This document shows, in pieces, positions 1 through 14,380 of a stretch of 64,000 nucleotides of DNA. Both the position numbers and the translations under genes were made by a program. Each line of letters opens with the position of its first letter. Positions within the stretch are counted from its first letter, which is position 1. The stretch is from Ruditapes philippinarum (lineage: Eukaryota): contig NW_026855260.1 in assembly GCF_026571515.1 (NCBI RefSeq), forward strand, positions 124,001 through 188,000, read 5' to 3'. The notes beneath the pieces were generated by a model. It was given only the letters and a program-made list of their open reading frames with translations. It had not been told where the DNA came from and searched no databases.

Positions 1-1479
1 ATTATATCAACACATTCAGATGGGTCCAATTTTACTTTATTAAATTTATTGTCGTTATCTTTAGAGTAACAAATATCAAGACTTAGCAACAAAGAATCCA
101 TTAGTTTAATGATCCATGGTTAAAGGTTCAATAACAATTCTTAGATACATAGACGAAATTCTATACTCACAAGACAAACAGGAATAAATGATTTATGGAT
201 GGACAGCCTTTAACAATAACAAACATTTTAAGAACATTTTAAGAACGTGGCGTAAACCATAAATTCTAAATATTTATTAGATGAAAGGAAATAATCGTTT
301 ACAGACTGGGTGGTATCATTTAATCTTTTTTTTAGTCTAACATTCTTTTTGTCATACATTAATTTAAAGGTCATGCACTTTAGTATATCATAATAAACTG
401 AATCTTTAACAATCAATAATGATAGTTTTCTATGATAATTTCTGTTTTTCAATATCAATATTGCTTTTTTATACAAATGTGCATGCATTGATATATCCAA
501 AGAACTTTGTTTTGAACCTTGCAACATACAATGATTTCTTGAGTCGTGAAAAGTTTATAAAAATGTTATAATATATAGTTAACTATTTTTCTACAAAACT
601 ATGTTATTTATCAATGTTGTGCTTTGGCAACAAATGCTAACAGTATTCTTTTATTATTTACGCACACCTGCACGATGATATATATTATGCATGAATTCCA
701 CATTTTATTTAAAGAAATCATAACGAAATTGTCTGTTAATATATTATATGCATGTTAAAGTTAATTAAAACGTTACTTTAAAAGCACACACAAAGTAATT
801 ATGGAATATTTCCAAACATGATTACACGTTCATATCAATATAACCATATGTAACCTCGTATATATATATATATGTTGATATCTAAATGATCTTTATTTTA
901 TACTTTTACAAATATGGTTACATTTTAAATCAAAGATCTGTTCAGGTAGAAATGAACTTTCGAATAAAGAACAAAAACGTGATAAATCTTAAAAAGTAAT
1001 TGAATGAGCATCTATTTTTATACCATCATTTAAAGATATGAATCTTTACTCGTAAATAATTAAAATTAATTTAATTTGAACAAGTTTTATTTGTATTGAA
1101 TGATAAATCACGGAATCCCCCACGCAACAGAAATAAAATGCTTTCGACTGAAACTCATTTAAAACTCTTGCTATAAACTTAGAAAAATATCAAATATAAC
1201 CTCTAAAAAATGATTGATGTATGCAAGAATACAAGAACAAATAATATTGTGTGATTCTATTAAATAAAATGTAAACAGGACCATTTCAAAGTTAATATTT
1301 TACCATTTATGGGTGTTATAAAAGCCTTAGCTGACTAAAGTAAGTTATAATCTATGTCTTTTTTTAACAAAACTCACATGCTTAAATTGTTATAAGTATT
1401 TAAGCAAAGTTTTACTCTTTTTGTTATTAAAGACTTACAAGTAAACAGTTATCATCTGAACATTTTTTCCAGCAACTTG

Positions 1480-1640
1480 TATAAAATAGAGAAACAAAAA
1501 CGGAATCCTTTAAGAACGCTCAACACGACAAAATTGAAAATGTTGCAAACTCGGTTTGATTGAGCCGGTTTATGGACGTCAATGACAAGTGCACACCCCT
1601 TAGCGTCGACTTTAGCAGAATACAACATTTTAACATGGTG
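1480..1640 (+). repeat. Dispersed ~160-bp low-copy repeat, copy 1 (partial direct copy at ~2115-2180; other copies at ~31110-31270 and ~34690-34820)
   Basis: Shared core TGCA(A/C/G)ACTCGGT(T/G)TGATT followed by a CCCC(T/C)(T)AGC motif in the three full copies. The upstream GAAACAAA..CGGAAT..CGACAAAATTGAAAA part recurs at 2115-2180. Aligned by eye; boundaries approximate. Confidence 0.7.
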
Positions 1641-4019
1641 ATGGTAATATTTCATTTAGTAACATTCGCAGATAAAGATATCTTTGTACCGCGGTAAACA
1701 TTGAATCTTAAATGTGACACATTAGTGCCATTAAATGAAATGGTCCCAAAATGAATAAATGCTCGTACCTTTGAAGGAGAAAAATCAATGGGTGGAATTA
1801 AATAAATGAATTTATGAAAAGGGATCGGGTTATGAAGCATGCCCAATACGGAAAAGACGTCAACAAACAAATTAAAAAAGCAGGCAACATATCCTAAGGG
1901 TATTTATACAGTATTTATGTAGGAATACTGGAACCACCCGAGTTGAAAAAAGCCAAATAGAAGAAACTTAAAATACTACACAACATGGAAACACAACAAT
2001 TGTGTCGTGCTTAACGATTTTCAAGTAAAGTAAATAGCATTTTTGACTTAATGAATGGGGCGACTTTTTACGACCTCCACATATATATGTAACAAATAAT
2101 AATACTGATGTGGCAATAAAATATAGAAACAAACGGAATTTCTAAGAAACGCCTCTAACGACAAAATTGAAAAAGTTGTTAAGTCATACTTTTTAATGCT
2201 TAATTTGCGTTCGTGTATTCAATGACTGCTATCATCATAATATCTTCCTTCACAGTATTATATCAGTATTAGATATTGCAAACATATCAGTTTTAAATTT
2301 ATAAACATAAATAATACCTCATATAATTATAATAACATTGAATAATACAATGAAATATCAAGGAATGTGGTTTTAAATATTCATTGACTTTTAGATTTGT
2401 TTACAAAGAACAAAACTTGGTGGGAGGGGTTGAACGCTGACTTGACAGGCGAAAAGAGTTACACTGCTTTGCATTTTATTTATATTAGATTAAATGACAA
2501 AGTTACTTTAACAAATTGTATTTTTTTTAATAACACCAAAACAAAACTTACTTTTTTACCAAACGTTTTTGTTCCATTACTTTAACAGCCAAATGGTAAT
2601 GTGAATGAAGGCGATAAGTCATAAAACTAGATAAGAATCCGCATAGGGAAGTACAAAAATTCATACCTTAATGAGGAAAACATTAAAAACATTACGTTTA
2701 CGGAAATATCGGTGATGGCTTTGCTAAAGAATGTTATAACGTCAAATGTCAAGGGTAGTTAACAATGGATTTTGTAGTTCTTCTTATATACGCCCATAAC
2801 AAATTAATATACATGCTTAATACCATAATGGAATAAATTTGGCTCGACATAGGCTAGATTTTGTTTTAAGTAATCCTATATATTTATAGTAATGAAAGCA
2901 CCACTGTAAACGTATGTCATTTTTATCCGCTATTTCATTAAGCACATTTAAGTGACTGTATGGTCATATTTTCATAGTCAAGTTGAGCGGAATTGGCTTT
3001 ATATTTCACAAGATTGACTGTTATAATGGTGTTTGACCAACAGGTGATATTTGAAAATGTTTATAATAAAATTATGAATCTGCTTTATATATAAAAAGAC
3101 TGCCCCACTCTTTTTACAAACTGAACGGTACACATAAATTCTAATGAATATTTACAGAAAATTCCATAGCATCCGTGCGTTTTTTGTGCGAAGTCAATTA
3201 TTAAATCAAAAGGAATCATTGCAAAATGAAAATTTATTTATATATTTACATGTTCACTCACTATAAACCTTTTGATAGCCATAATGTCACTTTAATGTAC
3301 AATTTTCAAATTATTATTTCATTAAAAATGAAGAAAGATAAATGATAAGTATAAAAGATTTGGTATGCTATTTTTTCATAACTTATAAGATGCTACAACT
3401 GAAATGGAAACATTATTTTTAATACGCATATTCTTAGAACTTCTTTCTTACAAATTAAATACAAAAAAGTAAATCGAATAAAGGACACGGAATAAATATG
3501 ATTTCTTTAATACAAAATGTATCATATTTTAATCAATTTAACTGAGAGAAGAAAAATGGTGAAATAATTTAAATGAAATTAAAAATCATTATAATTATAT
3601 TATTTAACTCATGGTAAAAGAAGCATACACTGTACACAAAATATTAAAAAAAAAAACTACAAAGTTAATAATAAATCAATATAAGATAATGTGAAAGACA
3701 TGCACACGCCAACTGTATTGTAATAAAAGTTCCCTTAATATATTTTTTATAATGTTTTACTTTTCTAAACTTCCGATAACTTTCAGATAATATCACTTTA
3801 AATTAAACAAATATGTTTGTATAATTTGTAAATAATGAAGGCTCAAAATAAAAAAAACATAAACAGGTACATGATGTTATATTATATGCTTAACGCTTAT
3901 GGAATTATTTTAATCTTAGCAAATTGTGGCCATTGATATCAAAGTGTATGAAAAAAAAACTCTTATTCTCAGATGTCTTGTCATTGCTTACTTTTTTGTT
4001 ACTATTTCTCATTTTCGAA

Positions 4020-7000
4020 GCTAACCGCTGCCAAATGGTTGTCAAATTTCCTCCTTTGAATGCATGAAAGTATAAATGTGAAAGTAGCCCTTAAAAGAAT
4101 TATTGAAGGTGATAGCGGTATGATCTCGTGTCTTAAAATTATGTTGATTATGTCAACGGTAGATATATATACCTCGTTTTTGTTCGTTTTTGCATTTTGT
4201 CCATCAATATGAATAATCGTTGTCTTATTTCCACCCATCCACCCCTCCATTTTCTTACAAAGAAACGAACAAACGTTCAATTTACCAATCAAATACTGAT
4301 AGACATCAGAGTAAGTACTCATTAATGTTCTAAAGATTTTAATGAGAAAACATTTTTCGAAGAATACAACTACTAATATTGGTTTTTGGACAAATGTAAC
4401 GCATTAATATGTTTTGTATATGTTCCACAATTGTATAATTTGATTTAAAATGTTATTTAGTTTCAGGCCATGACTAACATTAAACATGCTTTATAAAATT
4501 TTCAATGATGTTTACACCACGCACTAGAGGCATGTAAGTCAGTATAAGATACTAATACAGTTAATATTTCCCGTTTGTAAATCAAACTTGTGACTTTTGC
4601 AAACAAAATGACGCCTGAAAATTTAATATAATATGGTATTTTATGCATACAATACAAATATTTATCTTAAAGTCATTGCAAATAAACTTACTGCAGACAT
4701 ATTGATTGAATTGATTGAATACATATTTGATGAGATGAAAAATAGCATTTGTAATTCCGTCACACAAACATATAACCTTTTACATGGTTATTAATCACTT
4801 ATTTGACTTACTTGATTTGCTTTTATACTTTCTTTAAAAAGACGTAAACTAGGATTATGATAAAAACGATTTCATTGTACCTAATTACAATAGATATCCT
4901 AGATTATCGCGTTACTCAATTAAAATGATTCCGTGAATACGACAGAATTGATTCAATCTGAAAAAAAAAATACCGAGATTAATTCCTCTTAACAAAATAC
5001 ATATAGAACGATGAAATTATATTTTATTCACGATAATTATTTTCTCCATAGCTGTCTGAAATGGGTTTGTTAAAATTCGCTGAATTTTACCTAGGGAATC
5101 GATTCCTTCGGGAATCGTGTCAGATTTTAATACGTTACTGTCATCATATTAGAATAATATGTTTTAATATGTTTTATGTCATATTTTTGTCAAAACATAG
5201 ATCATGACTTGCCAAAATCCTGTCTCATAATGTTAAATTATCTTGTCAAACCATAATGTTCACTGTTCTATACACTGTCTTATAATGGCAACCAGAAAAT
5301 TGGATTATATCTAAAGACAACCTTGTTACTTCCCATACGTTACAACATTAGTTTATTTTAATCGATACCATTTTTATATATTTCATGATGTTAGTAAACC
5401 TAACTCAATTGAGCAAACACATTTTATTTTTTCTTTAACGGGAATGATGTACAAGTGTTGACAATTAAAACAACCTGTTCAGACTGATATAAGCAACTAA
5501 AGCAGACAAATGACCTTGTAAATGTGTTATATATAATTAGTTTTGTTTTGTTGAATACCATCACGATTGTTTATTTTAATTTACATATTAGTACTGCATC
5601 AACATAAAAAATTATGAAAGAATCAAGATATAATGAAAAACATAACACAATGCATATTTTCTATCATTCGTAACTTTTTGTTAGTAATATTTATTTCTAA
5701 ATCAGCAATATTGATTTTTATCAAGTTTTAGCCGTCATTATTTAACTCAAATTGATTGCATTATAGCAAGAAGAAAGTGAAGAAACAAGCAAATCATCAG
5801 CAAATGCTAGTGCAGAAAATCTATGCTCATTATGGAAAAAATCAATTATAAAACCAATACTAAAATATCGTTAATGGTTTTGCTATTAGTTTTTTGTAGG
5901 ATAATGACCACAAATTGTGTCGCTGCTCTTATGAAAAAAGTAACAAATCAGAACCCAAGTGCCTTAATTATTGTCATAATGGAATCAAATGAAGCTTGAA
6001 ATTTAAAATAAGCTAAAATCTTTTATAATTTCCCCTTTTCACTTTATATAAGCAGTGCATACCGTAAAAGTATGACATTACTTATCGGTCATTTGCTTAA
6101 CGCCTGTTAACATGTTTCTTTTAATAACACAGACAAACAAAGTAATGTCCAAGTACTTTGGAGTATATTAATACAGTTGAACATAGTTCTGCACTTTTGT
6201 CACATATCGTCCATAAACAAACACAATTTGTTATGTAGTCTGTTCAACATACAGTTCTCACATTTGAAAGTGTTATATGAAGTAATGTAAATGAAATAGT
6301 ATTATACTAAGCTTTGAAAAGATAGAAATATTTTTTTGCAATATGCATTTTTATGTCATTAAGTCATAATAGCATTGTCCGTAAATTAATTCAATTTAAT
6401 GTTTGGGGGTGCTAGTATTTACATAAATGAACAGCAATAATGTTATATCTTTTGTATTTATATTTTGTAGTATAGATTTTTGGCTGATAAAAATAAGTAA
6501 GACACTTTATTATGTTTTAATTATTTATGCCGAGATGAGATAAGTTTCATAAAAATTCATAAAAATTCATCACAGTAATGTACTTTTCCCAACAAAAAAA
6601 ACAATGTTAGTATTATATCGATTTTTTCACAATTCTATGAACATATGTTGTCAATGCCATGTGTAAGGAAGTTTACCAGCGGGAGTTGGTAGATTGGCAT
6701 TATAATTCGTGATATAAATGAATATCGTTATTAAGGAAAATTATGTGATCTTGGCGAGACCTCAGTCAAATTTATACATGACCACATTTCATTGATTTAA
6801 TGGCTGCTTATACGATAAGATTAACAAATTAAAATAAGATATAATAAGTCAGTGCTACAATTTAAAATGATAATACCAATTGTTTCAAATTAAAACACTT
6901 ACAATTCCAATCAATCTCGTCGTAAATCACACCGACCACCTTTAAAATGCACGTTTTTTTTTCGAAATTATTTTCAAAATGTTACCATTCGTATTCAATT

Positions 7001-9330
7001 TTCCAACCAGAAATGCAATGGCGCATGCACCATTAATCTGACAATCTCCTATCTTAGCAAAACACGACTTTTGTGTCTGCAACCCGCATTGAATGTCACT
7101 TTAGATATTGCTGTGATTTTACAAATTGAAGTTTTGTGCCATTTTGGGAGATTAAAACAAAACATTTCTTTTATGCTATTCATAATGTATCAAATCTGAC
7201 TGGTTTTGATAGATAAGAAAAACAATTATCAAAATAACCAATCTGGCGTTCCATAGAAAAAACTACAACGATTGCTTTACAACTTTTTGGCCATGCAAAA
7301 CAAACATCATTAATTTTTAGTTTGTTTACATGCACTTCTTTTTATAACTGCATCATAAAGTCACATACTCTGTTCTTACCAATAACATTGCCATTAATTT
7401 TTCGGTCATCAACTTTGCTCTTCAAGTCGATTGCAATGCGGAAGTATCTTTAACATAACATGTTAAACGTTATTATCTGTGTTAATACATTTTCCAATTT
7501 CTATTAAGTGATTTATATAAATATACATTTCAATATCTCAAAGATCCTGAAACTTTATCGTTTTCATACGTCTTCATTTACTCGGATGACTGCATTACAT
7601 CATTTAGTTTTAAAACATTCCTTAAACACCCACAAAAAAATAAGATCATAAATGTATAAATATGAAATGTAATGCTAAATAAAAGCATATAAAAAAGCAT
7701 GCATATCTGGTTTCGATGACATTTTCATAAAGATGTTACTTCTCTTAAACATGATAAATTTATCAAATGGCAGATTTGGAATGGAATGAAATGTAAATAA
7801 AAGTTTATTTGCCAATTCTAGGAAGACGTTTTCTAATAATGCAATACCAATTTGATAAGTCTATCATAATTATTATTGGAGGAAAGGATACATTTAGTAT
7901 TTCGTTTATATTATCTGCATAAATACTAGATATTAATGAAGGATATCCATTCACAAATTATTTCACCCATTCAACATACAATTTTAAAGTCATACAATAT
8001 CAAACAGACCAATTGTCCTTATAGGTCTAGAGTAAACCCTTCTATAAACAAGTGTTATTCTAAGAGGTACGGATGTTTTACTTGTTAGATTGTCGTTTAC
8101 GGTTGGTATTTTCTCACACCCTCCCATTTTACCCGCTCCCCATTTCACCCTTATAGCCCTTATCCCTTTAATTACCATATTGGCCCGTTTCAGTTTATAT
8201 CATTCCATATATTACATGCTCCTCTCCTTTCGCCGGCCTTATGTCCACTCCAGGTTTTTGTTGGGTGTCTTCTTGGTGCCCTTCTTGGGTGTGTAAGGGG
8301 CTGCGTCCTTGGAACGTTGCCTTTACCTTGTTGATCTATATTCTTGTCTCTATTAGATAAAATATCCCTATACTTTACTTTTTATAGTGCTTATAAATCC
8401 TATTCTATTATATGGGGGCGTTAGGAGTTTTTTTCTGAGACATCAATATTTAAATAACACCACTAATTGACAATACATTTACACTAAACGTATTCTTACA
8501 TATTTTCACAAAAAAATGTAACATAATAATATATTTCATATGTTGCGGTTCAGATCGGAAAATCCTTCCCAAGAGAACGTCGCCCATTTGTGGGTTCAAG
8601 AGCTGCGGATATTCCGATCCAAAACGCAAACATATGTCAGATATTTGTTCTTTCATATTCTGCCATATAATTTCATATTTAAAAAGGTTTACCTCAATAA
8701 GATATTTGTTCATGGAAATTGATGCTGTTACATCCATAATTATTTTCTTACAATAGCGGATGAATTTACAACTTTAATAACAACGGCGAAATGACGTCAT
8801 CCTAAGCACAATGTTTTCTTCTAAAATGACTTCATTTTAACGCGGTTCATTCATAAAATGCGCTAAAATGACGCTGTTGTATGGCTTGCGAATCAACTTG
8901 TACCCCCATGTCAGATGCAATTTCTGGCAGACAGATCTTTGGTCATAAACTGTGTATTAATTTTGGTCATGTTGAATGACGTAATAAGAAATAATGTACT
9001 TCCCGACAAAACCAATTGAAAAAATTATTTTGTATGCAATTTTTTTTTATCTATTATAGCAAGTTTTGTCAATAAACTTTTAGGACAAAAGTATACCAAT
9101 GTTTATCTACGGATTTATTTAAACGCACCAATGATCCAATCCAATAAAGTATTTTTCTTGTTTTTTCCACATGAATTTAACTTATCAATCCGATTTAAAG
9201 GAACTTCCTCTCTCGAAGGCGGTTTGATTATTGTTACAATGCGACTATTGGGAACAGATCATATTCAAATTAGTCAACCGAGACAGTTATTTTCATCATT
9301 CAGACCATATAAATTAACATGAGTAAGTCT
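4020..9330 (+). repeat. Tandem segmental duplication, unit I
   Basis: 4031-4149 matches 9385-9503 (AATTTCCTCCTTTGAATGCATGAAAGTATAAA...TCTTAAAATTATGTTGATT). 4150-5190 matches 9996-10995, 5850-6330 matches 11002-11490, 6860-7950 matches 14740-15730, and 8990-9290 matches 13660-13980 and 16290-16610. Same orientation, diverged with indels. Confidence 0.9.
8537..8636. repeat. Imperfect palindrome, probably the terminal hairpin of a non-autonomous interspersed element
   Basis: Left arm CATATGTTGCGGTTCAGATCGGAAAATCC (8537-8565). Reverse complement of the right arm (8607-8636) is CATATGTTTGCGTTTTGGATCGGAATATCC. Confidence 0.7.
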
Positions 9331-9369
9331 GCAGTTCGGCAATTACAAATCAATTAATAAGGTTATTCT

Positions 9370-12300
9370 TAAAGCTGACAATTGCCAACGGGTGGTCGAA
9401 TTTCCTCCTTTGAATGCATGAAAGTATAAACGTGCAAGTAGTCCTTAAATGAATTATTGAATGTGGTAACGGTATCATCTCGAGTCTTAAAATTATGTTG
9501 ATTTTTGAAATTAGGTTGTTTTTTAACTTGTAAACTTTTATGTCTTGAAAATAAACAATGTGGATCGGAGGATCATTTAAAGTGCATACAGTTTGTTTGA
9601 CACATTGGAGTCATCAATATCATTATATCATTAAGCAGCAAGTTTCAGTGAAGATGTTGTATGTATATGTTCATTGCCTTTTACAAACAAAGAGAATTAA
9701 ATATTTTGCGAGATTTATCTTTAAACACTATAAGTGTATCAATACAAAAAAGATCCCGATAAATATCTTTTTGATGCATCGTGCATGAGAAATGGATAAC
9801 AATCTATAAAACGATTAACATTGTTATCGCCACATTTATTCTGGCATAAAGTCGAATAAAATTTCAATTTTCTGTCTAGTTTTCTTTCGTTAAATATAAC
9901 GGTTGTTCATTTCTTAAGGATTATCATTCCTTGTACATAATTCTGGTGAGAGTTAAGTGGAAATATGTCTTTATTTACTTATTGTCGTGTGATTTATGTC
10001 AATTGTAGATAAATTTACCTCATTATTGTTCGCTTTTGCTTTTTGGCCATCTATATAATTACTTGTTGTCTTATTTTCCATCCGTCTACCCATCCATCGT
10101 CGAACAAAGAATAGATCAAACGTTTAATTTACCAATCAAATACTGATCAGAGCATCAACTCATATATGTTCTAAAGATTTTAATGAGAAAAAAAAAACTA
10201 TTCATAGATACCAACTATATTGTTTTTTTGGACAAATTTAACGCATTAACATGTTTTGTATATGTTCCACAATTGCATGATTTGACTTAAAATGTTATCA
10301 AATTTCATGCCATGACTAACAATAGAATAGCATTATAGAATTTTCCATGATGTTTACGCTCTAGAGGCATGAAAGTCAGTATAAGATAATAATACGGTTA
10401 ATATTTACTGTTTGTAATTCAAACTTGTGACTTGTCGCAAACAAGATGAAGCCCATCAACTAATTAAAATCTAAAATTTCAATATACTATGGCTTTTTAG
10501 ACATACAATACATATATTTATCTTAAAGTCATTGCAAATAAACTTACTGCAATACATATTTGATGAGATGAAAAATAACATTTTTAATTCCGTCACACAA
10601 ACATATTACCTTTTACATGGTAATCAATCATCTATTTGACTTACTTGATTTGCTTTTATACTTTCTTTAAAAGGACGAAAATTACGATTATGATAAAAAC
10701 GATTTCATTGTGCCGTATTACAATAGATATCCTAGATTCTCGCGTTCCTCAATAAAAATGATATACGACAAAATTGATTATATTTGCAAAAGAAACAATT
10801 ACCGGGATTAAATCCTCGTAACAAAATACATATAGAACGATGAAATTAAATTTTATTCACAAGAATTACTTACTCAAAAGCTGTCTTTGTTGAATTTTTA
10901 CCAGGGAATCGATTCTTTAGGAAATCGAGTCATATTCTGCGTTCATGTCATCATATAAGAATAATATGTGTTTATACGTTTTACGTCATATGTTTAATAA
11001 TAAAACCATTATTAAAATATTAATTGTTTTGCTATTAGTTTCTTGTAATGTAAAATGTTTAGGATAATAACCACAAATTGTGTCGCTTCTTTCTTGAAAA
11101 AAGTAGCATATGTTACTCTAAGGTACTAATTTAATGTCATAATGTAATTAAATGAAGCTTGAAATTTGAAAAAGCCAAAATCTGTTACAATTTCCCCTTT
11201 TCACTTTATAAAGGCAATGCATACCGCAGACGGATGACATGAATTATAGGTCATATGCTTTACGCCTGTATACAAAAACGTTCAAACATTATTTCTTTTA
11301 ATAACGCAGACAAATAATGATATGTTCAAGTACTTTAAAGTATATTTATTGAGTTTAACATAGTTCTGCACTTTTGTCATATATCGTCCATAAACAAACA
11401 AAAAGGGCCATTTAGTCTCATTCAGTTTCAACATTTAAAAGTGTTATGTGAAGTAATGTAAAGGAAATAGTATTGTGCTGAGCTTTGTCGATGAAACTAA
11501 GGAAGACACTTGGAATATCTTCTTTAAAAGCTTTCCATTTTTAAATTATTACCTTACAAGTTAATGTTTGTAACTGACTAAAAGTTAATCGTCATTATGT
11601 TTTAATATAATATGCCAAGATGAGGTAGGTGTCATGGACATTCATAAAAAAATGTTACTTTTTAAATATGTTTTAGAAACAAAAGCCATTTTTAATGTTA
11701 TATCCATATTGCGTTTGAATCATATTTTCTTTTCTGTACACGTTAATATTTCTAAAGATAATCATTAATTAATATAAGGGAAAATGAGGTTAGCAAAACA
11801 ATCTTCAGTATTATTTTTTGTTAAATATGACAAACACTGCATCCATTGATGATTTCACATGGATTCAGCCTGCTTGGTAACGTTAGGAAACGTAATTTTT
11901 GACAACATTAGTATCAGGCTGAAATTTTTTGTTTGTATCTTTTGTTCATAGATCTACTAAAATATGTTTTAATGTCATATGTAAGAAAGTTTACCCGACG
12001 TAGGTTGACATTGTTACTCGTGATATACATGAATATTGTTATTTAGGATAATAATGCGAGCTAAGCATTTTCATGTCAAATTTATACAATACCATATTTG
12101 ATTTTATTTTCCAAATTTTTTTCAAAAGGTTAACATTGATTTCGTATTCATTTTCCAACCAGATATGCAATTGGACATACACCATTAATCTGCCAAACTC
12201 CTATCTTACCAAATGAAAACAAAATAGCAAGAAGCAAAATAATCACTCTAACGTTTAATAGAAAAACTACATTCATTGCTTCATGCTTCACAAGTTGTTT

Positions 12301-14380
12301 GGCCTTGCAAACATAGAATCTAATAAATGTTTAATGTGATTATATGAAATTTTTTCATTGCCATAAATGCCATAAATTTTTTATCAGCTTTTATTTTCAA
12401 GTCGATATAAATGCGAAAGTAGCTTTATCATTACATGTGTAAATTAATTATTTGTTTTCGATATAAAAAGATGAAAATACTTTTTATTTTCATTTTCATA
12501 ACATGTTTGATATAAATATACATTTTATATCTCCAATATACTGTAACTTTAGAGTTTATATACCTCTTCATTTAATCGGATGAGTGCATTATATTATTAA
12601 GTGTTAAACACTCCTTAAAAACCCATAAAACTAAGATCATAAATGTATTTATGTGAAATATAGAGCACAATTATAACAACTGCAAACGACCGGAGATGCA
12701 TACATACCTTGTATCAGGTTTACATTTTAATGGAAATGTAATGAAGGTTATTTGCATATTCTTTATAAAAAAAGTACATGTATATGGAATATATTTTCTA
12801 ATGAGCTTATCATAAGTATTATTGGCGGATAAATATTTCGTTTATAATGAGCACATTAATACTTGAAATGTATGAAGAAAATATTTCGACAAACTATTAG
12901 ATACTATACGTGTGTTTTACTTTTATAGTGTCTTAAAATCACATTACATTATACGGTGGGGGGGGGGCAAAAAATTTCCCAAATGAAGATCTTGGAATGA
13001 TCGTGGAAATGATTTTATATAAGTATTGGACTTGTTTTCAAATCCTCTCCTGATTTTAATTAAGTTATAAAATCATTAATATTGTTTTCCTCTAAATGTA
13101 TATCTTCAGTCATATGATTTTGTTAAATGATGTCATCTGGTTGTAATGTATATCCATGTATAACATAACATTTGGAAATGCATATTGTTAAAAGTTTAAT
13201 TATTAAATAGTGTATATAAACATTTGCTGTACATACGAGTATTTAACATATCCTCGAATTTGTGGTATTTTTTTATGATTTATTGTATAAATATATAAAA
13301 CTTCATTTAACCCTACATATTTAATTACAACATACAATATATTTAAACGTATTTAAAAAAACTAATAAAGAAACTAATAAAGAAAAACAACAACAACAAC
13401 AAATAATGTAAGCAATGTATTTCCAGTAGACAGTAGATAGATCTTAGTCATACATTTTGTTCTAGGTTTCTTAGTTTGGTCCTTTATTATTCTAATTTGT
13501 ATTGTTATTATCAATAAATATCATCCGAACAAAAATTTGTTTATTTTCAAATCTGTTCAGTTTGACATGTTGTAAATGTACAATTTGATTTAAGCTTAAT
13601 ATAATTATAAAAATTTTATAGAACAAAAAAAGTCAGACTAGGCATGTTAAATGGCAAAATAAGTAATACTTCCCATCAATCGCAAAACATTGATATGTCA
13701 AATTAGTTTACCTACTACAACAAATTTAGTTACAATTGAGGACATAGTTATAGAAATGGTATGATAACTTACCTACCGAAGGTTAATGAGGGATTTACTT
13801 AAATCGCAACCATGATACATTCCATAAAAGTATTTTTCTGGTTATTTGCTCATGAATTTTACTAATCTATTCGATTCAAACGAACCATCTCCTTCGAAGG
13901 CGGTGTTATCACTGTTTCAATGAAACTATTGGGAGCAGACCATCTTCAAATAAGTCAACTGGAAGAGCTTTTAGCACATTTAAATAAAATACACTTTGAA
14001 GGTCAAGGTGAGTTACAGTTATAAATTGTATTCGTAATGAACAATATGTCAATCGATTTACATCAAAAGTATTGTTTATAATGCAATAAGCTGAATCGTA
14101 TTATCAACCATACTATTTTTACAACTTTGAACGTATCTGGTTTGTTTATTTCAAGGAAAAATATTTGTAGAAGAAAAAAAGGCTATCAAAATGTTTTCCA
14201 GTGTAAAACAAAAATAAACGTGTTTTTTTTTTAATTTCTTTTATTTTTGTTTTATAATTTATTTTTAATCTTTAATGTTATTTTAAATTACAAAGACACC
14301 ATGACTATTATTTTATTCAACATTTACTTTTACGTTTGCCAATTAAATCATGCATATTACAGGCAAACATTTATTTTACT
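9370..14380 (+). repeat. Tandem segmental duplication, unit II
   Basis: Collinear with unit I. Carries an extra ~490 bp (9504-9995) bounded by TGATT microhomology, which is absent in unit I. 13980-14400 also matches 16610-16890, and 13020-13160 matches 17660-17810. Confidence 0.9.

Noticed and set aside
3961-4067. Acceptor-like TTCTCAG followed by a hydrophobic, signal-peptide-like stretch (VLSLLTFLLLFLIF)
   Set aside because: Explained by T-rich composition. Stops follow quickly and there is no similarity to the peptide precursors.
4002-4322. 106-aa minus-strand ORF
   Set aside because: No recognisable domain. The duplicate copy (~9385-10165) has an early stop and a 490-bp interruption.
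8090-8350. Pyrimidine-rich, GC-richer segment and 68-aa ORF, possibly a retroelement 3' fragment
   Set aside because: No diagnostic motif or TSD that I can demonstrate. The ORF is low-complexity.
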